Shown here: piece by piece, positions 1 to 13,390 of the stretch
How the letters are laid out: each line of letters opens with the position of its first letter
How positions within the stretch are numbered: position 1 is the stretch's first letter
Assembly (NCBI GenBank): GCA_050575255.1
Contig: JBNZDD010013718.1
Coordinates: 2,349,670 to 2,408,531, forward strand
Direction of reading: 5' to 3'
Source: Harriotta raleighana
Taxonomy: Eukaryota
DNA length: 58,862 bases
Made by a program: the position numbers and the translations under genes
Notes under the pieces: model-generated
Seen by the model: the letters and a program-made list of their open reading frames with translations, nothing else
The model's database searches: none
What the model was told of the DNA's origin: nothing

Positions 1-1129
1 TCTTTAGCCCATACATTAAGCATCCCCTTGAGACATTTCATCAAGGTTCAGTAGACATACTGCGGTTGCTGGTGTTGCATTCGCACCCTTTCTCTCTCTC
101 TACTTTAAAAATATCTGAAAAGAATGATTATTTTTGAAAGAATTTGCTCCGATAGCCTCGAAGGAATCCAAGTAATACGATGGAAATTGTTCATTACCTC
201 AATGAGCTGAACAATATAAAAAGGCAAATCATCCTTTGGCTCATTACCTCATGCTTTCATATCCCACACAGTCAAGATTTCTAGCCAGACACATTAACTG
301 GTACTTTGGTTGCGTCGGGAATGTGCAGAGAAGAATTGGAGAGTTTCATTTCTCAACGGACACATCAGTGTTGCACAGGCTGCAGACAATTCATGAAAAT
401 CCATTGCCTCTATCACCAAAATTTGTGCTTATTTTACTAAATGCACCAGTTTCTCAGATACTGCCCAAGCACTTTCCATATCACAATCACGCACAACTTC
501 TAGTTATTCATGAATGGAGGAAATCAAATGGTATGGGGATTACTCTGAGAGCCTACAATTTATGTTCATTGTAAAGAAAAATCACCAAGCAACGGTACGT
601 TTCATAGCATACTTTTTCAGACAATTTGGGCTCAGTTGATTTGAAGACACGTCTACTCTAAAGTCTGATTGATGGACCACACACTCTGGTGAATCATCAA
701 TAGGGTTTTAAATTACTGCAGCTATGTCAAGTGCATCTCCTCAGAGCTAATTTGACCCAAGAGAGATCCTGCTTTAATGAATCCATTCAAGAAGGTGATG
801 GATTAATATCTGGTTGGAAATTGGTCAGAGGACATAAGACTAAGTATGGATTGAGAAGAGCAAGAAGCCTGGCGGCCAGTGAACCAGCGGGGAAGAAGGA
901 ATCGATGAATATTGTAGGGGTGTGGTTAAATTATCTTTGGAACTTTATTTCCCTCGGAAGAGTGAGTGGGTGGAATCCACGATAAGGTAGAGTGCGGCCA
1001 TGAAGGACACCAACAATTTGTGATTATAGTGCGTAGCACCCTTCACGCAGAGTTGAGTCTTGCTGAAGAATGGCATAGTTTGACACAAATGAATCAGTAG
1101 TCTCTTTTATGTCTTACACAGGTTAATTA

Positions 1130-1443
1130 AATGTGCTGGATATTTGAATGGCGAGTGGCCGAAAACCCAACACAAGTTATTTTAAAACATGCCACATTAA
1201 TAATAGACTAAATAATAACAGAATATTGCATGGATACTTACCAATAAAGCATTCCAACATACTCGGTAAAATGATCAATAAAATAAAACTTCCAGCCTTC
1301 ATAAGTTTAATAAGTGCGCATGTGCACTCATTGCATGCATGCACATGCATTGCACGCATGCGCAAAGTGAGCATACTCAGGTACTGGTTGTATGAGGGTA
1401 CCGGAGCATGGGTTGGGTGCCGGATAAACAAGCTTTTACTGTA
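1130..1443. mobile_element. Truncated Tc1/mariner (Tigger/pogo-like) non-autonomous element, one end only
   Basis: Ends in tgccggataaacaagcttttactg followed by TA (1418-1443), a CAGT-starting TIR on the minus strand. A related gtgctggata motif lies near 1133. No partner TIR found; left boundary uncertain. Confidence 0.45.
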
Positions 1444-2446
1444 CTTTGTTCCGATATATCTGCGGCAAGGAGTCGACTTGTACAAAGAGTCTTAAAGATT
1501 GGGGAGAAAGTATTTTGAATCAAAGTATATGATTAAACCAATTTATTTCCAAAATTAGATTTGAAGCATCTAACTTTGCCTTCCATGTGTTAGTTACTGG
1601 GAAAAATAATGTCAAGCACATATAAGTAAACAGACAACGTAATACACCTGCTGAATAACGTAGGAAATAAAAAAAGGACAAAAACATCACGAGTAAGATA
1701 ATTAAACATCAAATGAACAGTTACCACTGAACTGCTCCATCTATTAAATGTCATGCCTCAATCACAAAGCAAATTTTATTTACACTCAGTAGTGATTTGA
1801 TGAACTATTAGTGCCAGTGATCAATGCAACTTTCTAACTGAAGTGTATGAGCTGAACTGTTAAGAGAAAGTTAAACAAAATCGATAGCACTGAAATTCTC
1901 AGGAACAGCAAGTCAGGATTTAAGTTTGCCCCATTCATTTGGAACTACAGTATATTGATCTTGTTTCCATTTCTCCACGTGAATACAATTGCTGTGAAAG
2001 GCAGAGAAAAGCTGAGCTAAGTTGGTGGGTGACAACAACTTACTTTAATATCGGGCTTATCACATTGAGAAGATGTCTCGAAGTGCTTCACACATCTGAC
2101 AAAGGGATAGGGGAGCTGAGATGGCGAGACTGTCCTGTGGACAAATAGATACATTTTTAAAATCGAAATTTACTTAGAAGAAATAAAGCAAAATATTTTT
2201 AGAGAGTGACCGGAGACAATTCTTCCCCCCTCCCACCCCCACACCCCACAAAATTGAAAATCCATTCTAATACTTAACACTCTTTGGGGAGCTCTGACAA
2301 GTCCAATTTTTAGTTTCTCCCCTGATTGTTTTTTTTTTCCTAACCAGTTCGATCCTGACGCTGACATTTCACTTTTCATACCTCGATCCTCTACTAACAA
2401 GAATCTAAATGAAGAAGAAACCTTTAGGAATGCGAGTACTCCGGGT

Positions 2447-2600
2447 ACAACAACAACAACCTGCCTTTATATTGGGCCCTTCATGTAGGGCAGTGTCTCT
2501 GAGCAGTGGCAGAGCCCAATGGCAAGCCAGGTGGAGGGAGGAGGTGGCCATAAGAACGGTTGAGCCCAAGACTATTGGAAGCATCTAAACGTCTTATTGC
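2447..2600 (-). mobile_element. L2 LINE 3' tail remnant
   Basis: (AAC)n run followed by ctgcctttatattgggcccttcatg, resembling the reverse complement of the (GTT)n-tailed L2 ends elsewhere in the window. Confidence 0.45.
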
Positions 2601-3904
2601 AGGCGGGCAGATAATCGAAACAGGGATATCTATGATTTTTGCATTTTGCTCTACAACACATAGCAAACAGGGTTGCAATATAAAAAGAATGTATGGACGA
2701 GACCACATGGCTTGTAGGAAATGTATTATTATCTTAGGAAAGGAGAAAATATTTACTTTTGCTAATATCGTTCACTTTGAACTTGCTACTCTTGAAAACT
2801 GTAAATAAAAATTTCTTAGTTGGTTTGTTCATCCTCACTGAAAACATGATATCAAACAACTCCTCGGTCTATTATCCAGACAAGTAGAAAGTGTTTCAAA
2901 AGGAAACACCACTAGAATAATGTCAGGTGATAAGAAACAAAGCAAGCAAAGGGACTGGAAAATCAAAGAGATGGTGGGCAGCAATGAAATCCAAAAATAA
3001 GCTTAATTTGTAGTTGTAAAAATCCACTTTGCTCTTTGCAGTTTGAATGTTTTTTTCTTTTGATGCTTTAGGTACAGCTGATACTAATTCTGTCATTTTG
3101 GTTGCACATATAGTTATCTAAACATAAGTGTAGGTTTGATATAGTCTGGAATGACACACAGAAAGGCACATTCACTATATTATTATTATTCACAACACTC
3201 TACAGCGAATCCTGTGATGTGCTTTGAGATGTCCTCCCAATGTGAAGGCATTGTGTTGGATTACAGAACTGAATTTATTTTCATTGGTGAAAGCAAATTC
3301 ATTGGGTCTTTAAATCATTGAGGGACAAGGCTGATGAATATGGAGTAGATGCTTTAACTTGGAATTTTGAATAGAATCACAGAGCCCAGATCCAAAATGA
3401 GCCCACAGATTAGAAGATTCACAAACCCACACACAGAAAATAATAAATGGAACTGACTCCCTGCAAGAACAATTGATTCTGTGTCGATTACACTCTTTCA
3501 ATAAAAAGCTAGGTTAATATCTGGTTGGGAACAGCACAGGAGACTGCAGTGATTGAAATCCTTAGGTTCAATGATTTTGAAGGAATAAATGACTTTATTG
3601 CAGTAAACCAGACTGCAGATCAATCATGTTGTGTAAAATGCAATCTTGCCTAATTGTCTGACATCTTATATGACACAATTTTCTGAAATTATTCACCTTT
3701 CATTCAAGACTGTTGATTTAATCGTACTCCTTTCCAGGTGCAGAGAATGCACATGACTCCTAAAGTTGAATGAGTTATCAAATAGCAGCAACCACAAAGC
3801 TCATGTTGTTTGATGTTTAGCATGTAGTAATGATGCCACACCCAAACTACTGCTTTACCTCATGTGTTTTGGGGGAATAATTTAAAGTCAATTGAAAATG
3901 CAGG

Positions 3905-4022
3905 ATTCCCTGGCAAATCCCCTCCACCATTCATCCATTTTGAAACTACATCCTGGAGATCTTCCTCCTTATTCCCTTCCCTCCCCAACTTCAAAACCCA
4001 CCTTAAGACCAACCTTTTCAAC
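3905..4022 (+). mobile_element. L2 ORF2 C-terminal remnant
   Basis: ttcaaaacccaccttaagaccaaccttttc reads FKTHLKTNLF, the typical L2 ORF2 end. Confidence 0.6.
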
Positions 4023-4023
4023 T

Positions 4024-4290
4024 GAGACATATGTTCGAAACCAGGCAGGTCAAAGTGAATCGATGGGCAAGTTTTCTTACTCCATACGCCTAATAATAAT
4101 CCCTCTAAAAAATATATTGGTCATTTCAATCCACGACTGTTTTGGGTCAATGCTGTGCACAATTGACGTCTGCATTTCGCCCACAAATATACATTCAATT
4201 CACTTTACAATATATTCTGTAAATTGCTTTAAGACGTCGACAAGACGTGAAAAGCACTATATTAAATGCAAAGATTATTTTTATTATAAT
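4024..4290 (+). mobile_element. tRNA-derived SINE, main family, 5' truncated
   Basis: B-box-like gttcgaaacc, then gggcaagttttcttactcc, core ...gcccacaaatatac..., and a (TTA)-like tail; colinear with copies at 12519, 27458 and 58412. Confidence 0.85.
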
Positions 4291-4456
4291 ATACCATCTG
4301 CCAAGCCACTGGGAAACAAACACTTACACTTACAAATAAATTAAATGATGATCAAATTTGATTAAATGGTGATGTTTCAATTATTATTACAACAATCCAA
4401 TCAATCATTGCTATATTATAATATCTGTATTAAGTTATTAAATAAGTTAATGGACA

Positions 4457-4523
4457 ACAGCACGGGCTAGTTGGGCCAAACGGCTTGTTTCCATGCCATT
4501 CTCATTCTATGCGTTTTTATGTA
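4457..4523 (+). mobile_element. CR1-type 3' tail remnant
   Basis: gggctagttgggccaaacggcttgtttcc...ttctatg resembles the CR1 3' end seen at 58790-58862. Confidence 0.5.
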
Positions 4524-6954
4524 ATTTACAGAACCTGAGGTCTATGTTAAATCATTGTGGTGGCTTCCAGGTGGATAACAAAGCACCTCAAACACACGTG
4601 AGCTGAGTGAGAGAATGCACAGCGTGAGGTAAGCAGGTAAAACAAACAGGATTCCTGGATCCTTGCCAGCGGTTTGTGCAGCTCGGCCAGGTGTTTACAT
4701 ATTTGGAAGAGAAATTCCTCTTGAATCGTAAATCAAACAGTTACGCATGGACGTTTGCATCTAGTGTTTTTTTTTCACGGCTTCCTAATTCCTGCTTGGC
4801 CTATTTTTGTAAATTTACTACGATTGCCTCTTTGAGCTCCAGAGCAATATTTGCTTGGCTGATATGAGCGCTAAGACTGTCCATCTGCCCATATGCTTTT
4901 AATCCTCGGAAGATTACTGAAGTCATGTCCTGCATAAATCAGACCGTATCCTGGGACACAGTTTCAGCAAAAGCCACCTCAACATTGAATGCTGGCTAGA
5001 GTAGCCAGCTTCAATTTTCAAAAAGCTTCAAGCGCACTGTTATTTCGCAGCATCAAGCTTCTCCCCACCACCACCCCCTCCCCCAGTAAACTGAAAATGT
5101 ACCAGGAATCTTGATGAGCCCACACTGATTTTTAATCTGCACCAATCTGTCTTTTTTAATCACCGTAGCTGTCGATAAATGGCCAACAAAGTATCACTGA
5201 GGCAAAATTTTAAATTGTGCATTTTGCTGTCGGGATCTGCTGTCACATTGGCTATTCTCATTAGCACAGAAGCCCTTCCCTACCGCCACAGTCCCATGCA
5301 GTTTCTGGTGAACTGTAGTTAATAGAGGCTTCAAAACATTAAGCGAAAGGAAATAACAAGGAAGTATGTATTTACACCAAGGAGAGACATCCCAATTTAT
5401 TCAAATTCAGTGGAAACCTAATCGAACCGCTGTAAATCATTGCACCTTCAAACAGCCATTTCACAAACATACAATTTACAGCCAGTAATTGTGCCATCGT
5501 TACTTAATCACGCTATCCGTCACTGGCAGTTGTCTTTTGAGAAAGTTATCCTGTAGAATATAGGATGCTCACTCTGACAGGCTGTTGCTTTAAGCACTTA
5601 AGACAAATTTTTTTAATGCTTTAAGTTGGAAACTGCAAAGAATCATCATTTGTCAGCTCGGGATGCCATTGATCAGCCAGTGGCTAATACACAAGATGCT
5701 GAGATGCCTTTAGCATTCAGTCAGTCCCACTTAGGTCTGCCTTAGCCTGCTCACCCGCCATTGCCAGCCAATGCTGTGCTTCCAAGATTCCCTGGCTCAC
5801 ACTTGAGATTATTTGGCCAAATTAAATCAAATATCAGCAATAACTATGTACGCATTTCCCCTTCCCAAATATGTCTCCTTCGTGCTGAATACAATCCTGC
5901 GAGATTAGGATAATTCCAATAAGGCAACGATCCATTTTCACCAATATTTCCGTCTGTTTAAAACCACCCGATGCATGGTCAGTTCTGATTTGTTCTGATT
6001 TTCTTCGGTAAACGACAGTTGATAATTTCACCCTCTCTAGATTATTAAAGTTTGAAGTATTTAGGAAGGATGAAATAAAGTGGGCCAAGTGAAGGCAAGT
6101 GATCTCAGGTTATTACTGTCCATTTTCCTGTTTGTGATTGAATGACACTGGCAGGGGCTAGATTAAGTGAGGTGCCAACTACAGAGAGACTACAAGGTGG
6201 CAGACAAAAGGAGAGATGCCGATAGCTGTGATTGAACGAATGAACGAACGGGTGAATGAATACAAAACAATCAAGCGGCTATTCAAAGTGAAATGACTAA
6301 TGTCACTCCCACATGGAACCGAGAAAATGCTCGCTGACCCTACGGTAAATCACTGGTCAAATGTTACTTTCACTACGTGGACCCTCAGTACGCTACCTAT
6401 CATTAAAGATTTCCACAGTCATTACCTTTTGAGGACCCAGGACTCCAGCTGGGTCTTTCAGAGCAAATGAAAGACAGCACTGATTGTTTGCGAATTTTTC
6501 TCTGTTGCTCCCCTATGGCTGTAATAACACACTAAGTGTTATCAGTTAACCATTCCCATGGCATTTGAGCCGGTGTAATTTGTACTTGTCATCTTAGGAA
6601 TTACACAGCCCATTTTATTTTGTATGTGCCAGCAACTGCTGTTGACTCCTTAAAATTCAACACATACCACACATTACGCTGCCTCAGTGACAGACAGGAC
6701 TCATGCTTCTGAATTGGCAGATGTGAGAAAGATGAGGTAGAACCACATCTGGACCTTTGCCGCCCACGACAAGCGATTTGACACATGTCCTGGGGAATTT
6801 TACAGATCTGTCTGCGGGAATCCAAAGCGAGATTTGCAAACGAGCCACGAGAAAGAGATGCAGACTTGGAGACATGCTGATGATAATGGCAAAATGCACG
6901 AATGAAAGAATATATTCTGCTTCCCCCACCTGATTCAACTAAATTAAGCCCATA

Positions 6955-7120
6955 ACCTCTCCAATTCGCTCCCTCTACCCCTTTGACTCACCCCCTTAAA
7001 ACTTATTTATTTGACTGGGCTAATTGCCACCTTCTCTTCCCCCTTTCCTCACCCCCTTGTTGTAAAGCGCTTTGAGACATTACTCCTCTGCAGGGCACTA
7101 TTAAAAATGATATTGTTCTT
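6955..7120 (+). mobile_element. L2 3' end remnant
   Basis: cttaaaacttatttatttgac (LKTYLFD) followed by gtaaagcgctttgagac...gcactattaaaaatg tail. Confidence 0.6.
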
Positions 7121-9115
7121 GCTCCTGTTGTGGATTTCTCAAAATTCGACAGTTCCACCATGGAGATAGAAGTCAGTTCATCTTCGCTGCACGTGAGTAA
7201 GAGAGGAAATTGTTCAGGGTCAAACGAAGCGAGTGATTCCAAGACACTTGGATATGACAGTTCCCCAACACTGAATTCAAGAGTCAGACATGACTATGAG
7301 TTCAAGAATCCCAATGCGCAGATTGAATCCACGCACCTGTGACTCAGAGGTGAGAGAGAAACTAGGCTGACAATTTTGAGTGATGACAGTCTGCCCAATG
7401 CTCACTGTCAAAGCTAACACAAATAGTAAACACTTGGATCTCAGTGGTGCTTTACCTCAGTAAAAGGATCCAAGGAACCAGTTATTTTAAGTAAAAATTT
7501 TTAGAAAAAATAACAAATAATAAATGTCTCCGTCCATTTATAAAAGAAGTAATTCTGTGGACATTGTGATCAGATTACATTAATTTAACGATATGAAGCT
7601 CAGTATTATATATTACATGTATTTCCCTCAAGGCTGCTTTTGCTTTATTTTAGATCTATGAAAGCCTTTGTTCAATCCTTGGAGGAAAAGTGCAGACATC
7701 TGGGTCATTAATCAAAACTAAGGTGATGAAGGCAAGCTAGTGGAGAGGTATGCATTATTGCACACAGGTATGAGAAAGCGAATAGACAGTCAAGATAGCG
7801 ATATAGGAAAATGTCTTTCTCTTAGATACACTTTGACACCCAAGTACTCTAATATAGATGTAATCAAAGGCAACAGATATAAGTTTTGTTAGTACTGTAT
7901 TGAGATTCACATTCATTGTAAAATAGTGGAAAAAGCAATTGGGAATAAAGATTTTTCAGTGATAGTGAATGATCAATTAAAAAAAGTTTTGTTTTAGAAA
8001 GTTTAGCATTGTGCCAAAATAATGTACTTCCTGAATAATGCGCCAGGCGACATAAACATGCTCAGTGTTTTGTTTAAAGTGTGACTGAATTTCTGACTTC
8101 TCCCAGATAACTTGATTCCGATTTGATTCTTTTGTTAAAAACCTTTCAGTTTGGTCATTTTAGCACTCATCAGAAACAAACTCGTGTTCCTCTGATGGCA
8201 TGTACAGCTATTCCTGCTATCAAGTTGTCAAATGTTTACAACCCGTTTCCATCCCTAGGCTTTCTAATAAGCTGTCATTGTGGTTTCAGATACGCAAAAA
8301 TGTGCCTGGCAACTGAGGCATGGCGCAAACCAGACAACAAAATTAAGAAAAATGTGTGCAATCTAAGAGCCTTTCAGATTATTTAAATACATGTGTTTAG
8401 GAGCAATGTCAGGCCTTTCATAAATGGTGATGTTTGAAAGGTATTATCATAGAGAAGGCTATAATTTGCCAAAGACTTGTTAAATGTTTATTTTTTTATA
8501 TAGGATATCAATTCATGTACGTTCACAAAAGTGCACTCTGGGGTGAAACATGTCATGTTTCACAACACGCTCAATAATGATAAATATCATATCCATATAT
8601 ACCACATTAAAGATGTTATGAAGCATTGATATTGAAACCCCATTGTTTATATTGTTCTTTCAAAAAAACGATGTGCGAAAAGTGTGGTAGTTTTCTCATT
8701 TCTCACCTTTATGGCTTTAATCAGAATGTAGTAATAAAATCTTTATTAATTTAACCTAAAACAGTTCAGACTCTGGCACAATTGTGTCCTTTATCCAAAC
8801 AGAGACTGGCTCCCCTGTGAGTTGGAACTGAGGATTTCATATCAGCTCGACGTACAGTATACTGATGTGATCTTAATTTAATTTTGTAATTCATTGTTGG
8901 TATTCTCCAAAATAGCTGTGGGGTGTCGGGCAATAGTGTCTTGATTTACTTAATACTGCAATTGCTGTTCTCCCCAGTGTAATTGCTGTGAGATAGCACT
9001 TTCAGCCCTGCAAACCATCAGTGCCATGACAATACACAGTAGGCATAACAACGCCTGAATTTCACTAACATGGAAAATACCATTGTAAAATCAGTGATGA
9101 CTTAAGCTATCACCA

Positions 9116-9250
9116 NNNNNNNNNNNNNNNNNNNNNNNNNNNNNNNNNNNNNNNNNNNNNNNNNNNNNNNNNNNNNNNNNNNNNNNNNNNNNNNNNNNNN
9201 NNNNNNNNNNNNNNNNNNNNNNNNNNNNNNNNNNNNNNNNNNNNNNNNNN
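9116..9250. other. Assembly gap
   Basis: 135 consecutive n. Confidence 1.
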
Positions 9251-9343
9251 ATTTGCCCAAGGTTTTGCCCTGACCTGCCTGGATTCGAACACATGTCTCA
9301 TGCTTGTAAGGTGAGTGCTCTAACCACTGAGCTGCAGGACTTC
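9251..9343 (-). mobile_element. SINE tRNA-like head, main family
   Basis: Reverse complement reads gaagtcctgcagctcagtggttagagcactcaccttacaagcatgagacatgtgttcgaatcc, with Pol III A and B boxes; the body runs into the gap. Confidence 0.85.
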
Positions 9344-9356
9344 ATGTTATTATAAA

Positions 9357-9467
9357 AATAATAATAATCCTTGCATTTGATATAGTGCTTTTCACATCTT
9401 ATCGATGTCCCAAAGCGCTTCACAGAATATACTGTAAAGTGAATTGACTGTATATTTGTGGGTGGAA
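9357..9467 (-). mobile_element. SINE 3' tail, main family
   Basis: aataataatccttgcatttgatatagtgcttttcac...gactgtatatttgtggg. Confidence 0.85.
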
Positions 9468-10739
9468 TATATTTGAAAGGAGGGAAAGAAAAGCAAAGAA
9501 AAGATGTGTAGGACTATTGGGACTTTCTAACACGTGGGATATACTGTATTATTTTGGTGATTTGATATTTTCCCCCATCCCATTTGGATATTCTGAACAG
9601 GAAGTGCTTGAATCTTGGAACCTTTCCCAGTTGTGTAGAACAGTCAATAAATAAAATCTCCAATATTTGCTGTAACAGATTAATGAGCCTTTTCTTCCAA
9701 GTGATGTCGAAAGTAAAAGAAGTCTTATTATAGCCAAGAAATCGCTCTGAGATTAATTTGTGGTCTTGTTCCCTGAATAGATTCAGAGGGCATATTTCAT
9801 TTCTATCTCAATATATTGAAAATAAAGTTTAAAGTGGTCTATTTGACAGGAAGATTTTTCATGTGGAATTGCAAAGGATTTCAGTAAGATGATTCAAAAG
9901 GTTGATAATGTGAGGGTTTAAGAGGAAAATCATCAGAAAATCCATGAGCGATATTTCCAGTGCTTTTCCAGTCCTACATTACTACTTTGTCATTCTCCTT
10001 TCAATAATCCCTTACAAATTATGTCTTTGACTGTGTCTTTGGCCACCGCAATACTTGTTCCATTTGTTGTTTGGTATCCACTAAAAAAGATCTTTTTACA
10101 TGACTAATTTATATAAAGGTGAGTTATTACAGTTTATATTGTACTACAATGTGTGGGCTTGGCTTAGTTGGTAGCACACTTGCCTCTGAATCTTTAGGCA
10201 CAATATGAAATGCAAGAATTATTGTTACTACTGTAATATAATAAAAAATAACTAGTAATGCAGAGTTTTGATCGGAGGATAAAGTATTATGTTGCAATCT
10301 GCTTTGAACAGCCTGCGACTTATTATTTTTAAAAACAATAAATAACACGCCAATACTTAAGGCTGATCAATCACTTGAAACTGTTGCAGGCCGGTGGTGG
10401 GGAAGTGGTTTTGAACCAAACAGAGATGTGTGAGCTTGTTTTTGAGAATGCTACAAGTGAAATCAAATGGTATTGATAACACTGTATTCAGAATTTCTCA
10501 TTCGAAAATGTCTGTATTGTGAATACTACAAAGAGTATACACCTATACAGCAGTATGACCCTCTAGTCAAGTCTCAGTAGATGAAACAACACGTCAGTGG
10601 GGAGCTATTTCTTTGCTTCTGGTTGATGTCCTTGGAGAGAAAACTAATGCCAAAGAGACCTACATAGCCTTATTTCTGACAACCAGGCAAGTTGAAACAC
10701 GTCGAATATTTGTGCATTATTCATTTGCTTTTTTTTTTG

Positions 10740-10865
10740 CATTCTGTCCACAATATTTACAGTCAATTCAATTTACAGTATATTCTGTGAAGTACCTTCT
10801 GACTTCTCAACCGCATGATGAGGCTCTATACCAAATGAAAGGATCATTATTATTATATCATTATC
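10740..10865 (+). mobile_element. SINE 3' tail, main family
   Basis: cagtcaattcaatttacagtatattctgtgaag...ggatcattattatta. Confidence 0.75.
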
Positions 10866-11145
10866 ACTGTTTGTTCACTTGAGGTTAATGCTTAATGGTT
10901 CACAATATTCACTCTTCAAAACCTGGAATTATTCCACTGACTTTTGCTGTTTTTTTCGCTCTGAATTCAAGTCAAAGCTAAAGCCTAAAATCCAGTTGAC
11001 TGCCTATTCTCAGAGTTCTCCAAGTGTAGGTAGTATCATCTGTAATCTAACAATGTAGCTCAGCTCTCAAACGGGCACATGGGGAAAAATTGCAGCTGGG
11101 TCTTTACTCTGTTCAATGAGTCGAGAATTAGAGTCCAGGATTTGT

Positions 11146-11520
11146 GGAATCCTGTAGCTCAGTGTTTAGGGCACTTGCCTTACAAGAGTGAGACCTGTAT
11201 AAGCGTGAGACCTGAATACAGTATATTCTGTGAAGCGCTTTAAGACGNAACAAACATCATCAACAACAATAAGCAAAAACAGAAGAAACAACAACAGTAT
11301 ATTCTGTGAAGCGCTTTAAGACANATGAGTCGAGAATTAGAGTCCAGGATTTGTGGAATCCTGTAGCTCAGTGTTTAGGGCACTTGCCTTACAAGAGTGA
11401 GACCTGTATAAGCGTGAGACCTGAATACAGTATATTCTNTGAAGCGCTTTAAGACGTGATAAAACATGAAAAACGCTATATCAAATGCAAGGATTATTAT
11501 TATTATTATTATTTATTATA
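11146..11520 (+). mobile_element. Internally deleted SINE, duplicated across n joins
   Basis: Head ggaatcctgtagctcagtgtttagggcacttgccttacaag joined directly to tail tacagtatattctgtgaagcgc; 11116-11247 is repeated at 11325-11456. Confidence 0.8.
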
Positions 11521-11529
11521 ACATTGGGA

Positions 11530-11700
11530 GATACAACGTCCTTCGGATGGGACATTAAAGATCCCATGGCATCACTTGTAAAGAGAATGGAGTTTCTCTC
11601 TGTGTCTGAGTCAACAGTCCCCCATTCACATCACAGCTATTTGTGGGACACTGCAGTGTGTGCACTACTACTCATCTACATTTGTTTACGAATACACAGT
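11530..11700 (+). mobile_element. Older Deu-domain SINE remnant
   Basis: gtccttcggatgggacattaaagatcccatggca...ggagtttctctc...tttgtgggacactgc. Confidence 0.65.
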
Positions 11701-12518
11701 CACAACACTTTAGTTTGATCCTTTAGCAATTGGAACAGCCGTACCACACTGCGGAGAACTAGTCTGTTGCATTTTGCTCGGCCATGCCCTTTTCGATCTC
11801 CAGCGATTCCTGCATTGACAGAACAGGAGCTTTGCTTGGGAATCAGAGTTGTGTATGTTGTATTCACAATGATTACAAAATGATTCATCACTTTCTCCAC
11901 CTCTCCGTCTCAATGTATCTGCCTCACTCTGCCCTGTATTTTTTTTTGGGGGTGGTTTCTGCCAAGGCCCCTTGCCTCCCTTGTTTGTCCTGGCTTCACT
12001 CAGTGTCTGTACTGAAATTTCTCTTTGCTTGATAAATTGGAGATTTGTTTTTACATTTTTAAAAAATGATTCACAAAGCGGGAGCAATACAGTGATATGC
12101 TAACCAATTATTTTGTACAATACCTTTTTTTATACCATGGAAAGTTTGGGAATTTGCCTAACACCTGAACCATTTGACTTTCTCAACAGTTAGTATTAAT
12201 ACAATAGCTCTTAAAGTACAAGTTGAAGTCTTGTGGTGGGAGAGAAACGTTAGCCCACACCGCGAGAGAGATTTGTGGATTTATGGAGATGGTCATCACA
12301 GAAGTGGATGAATATGGAACGTATAACTTCAGACCTATTAAGTATTTCCATGCATGTACGCCCTTGTCTGCGCTGTCTGTGAACTGATAAAACTGCGTGT
12401 GCGGGCTTTAATTGAAACAAAGTGCTGGAGAAATGTCCTTCACTTTCATGTAGGAGGATTCTAGGAGTTTGCTGTCACGAGATTTAATGTAGAAGTAACA
12501 AGAGGAATTGAACATCAA

Positions 12519-12829
12519 GGAGTCCTGTAGATCACTGATTAGAGCACTCGCCTTGCAAGTGAGAGATCTGGGTTCGATTCCAGACAGAGCGTAATCTTGG
12601 GCAAGTTTCCTTACTCCATATGCCTGATAATAATCCCTCGAAAAAGAACAATGATGATGTAGTCACTCAATCCATGTTTATGTTTGTGTATATGTTTGTG
12701 GGACACTGCTGTGCGCAATTGGCTGCCATGTTTCGCCCACAAGTATACAGTGTATTCTGTGAAACACTTTGAGACATCTAGAAGACGTGAACATTGCTAT
12801 ATCAAATGCAAGGATTATTATTATTACTA
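12519..12829 (+). mobile_element. Near full-length tRNA-derived SINE, main family
   Basis: Head ggagtcctgtag...gggttcgattcc, core tttgtgggacactgctgtgcgcaattggctgcc, tail ...caaatgcaaggattattatta. Confidence 0.9.
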
Positions 12830-13291
12830 TCATCAGGTTGGTGGACTGATTGCTTACGTAAAGTCACCAAGTGAAAAAATAAGTTGGAGCTCGATTATCC
12901 AGTAACTAAACACTTGGCCAGAAACCAGAGAGTTCGAGACACATGTTAAGACCAACAGTTTGATAGATGGTAAAAAAAAATCTCTCCAGAGAGGAAAACA
13001 AATCTGCTTCTGAAGAGTATGAATTGAGCATTGAAGGACTCCAGGAGTAACTCCCTACACTTTTCAAATAGTGCAATGGGACTTTTGACATCAACTTGAA
13101 CAGTACCTTGGTTAAACAGCTTAACTGAAAGACGGCACCTCCAACAATGCAGCAAATAAGTTCCTCCTCAGCAAATAATTATATGATGTCTAACATAGCC
13201 TTCCTTTACAAAGCAAGCATTTCCGTCTCTGTATGCGGCTTAGATGATGGTTACAAACTTGCACAGAATACCCATCAGTGCTGTAATTTAT

Positions 13292-13390
13292 AATATTAAT
13301 CCTTGCATTTGATGTCACATTGTTGAGACGTCTCAAAGCCCTCGACAGAATATACCGTAAAGTGAATTAACTGTATACTTTACGGGTGCA
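13292..13390 (-). mobile_element. SINE 3' tail
   Basis: aatccttgcatttgat...gagacgtctcaaagc...acagaatataccgtaaagtgaatt. Confidence 0.75.
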
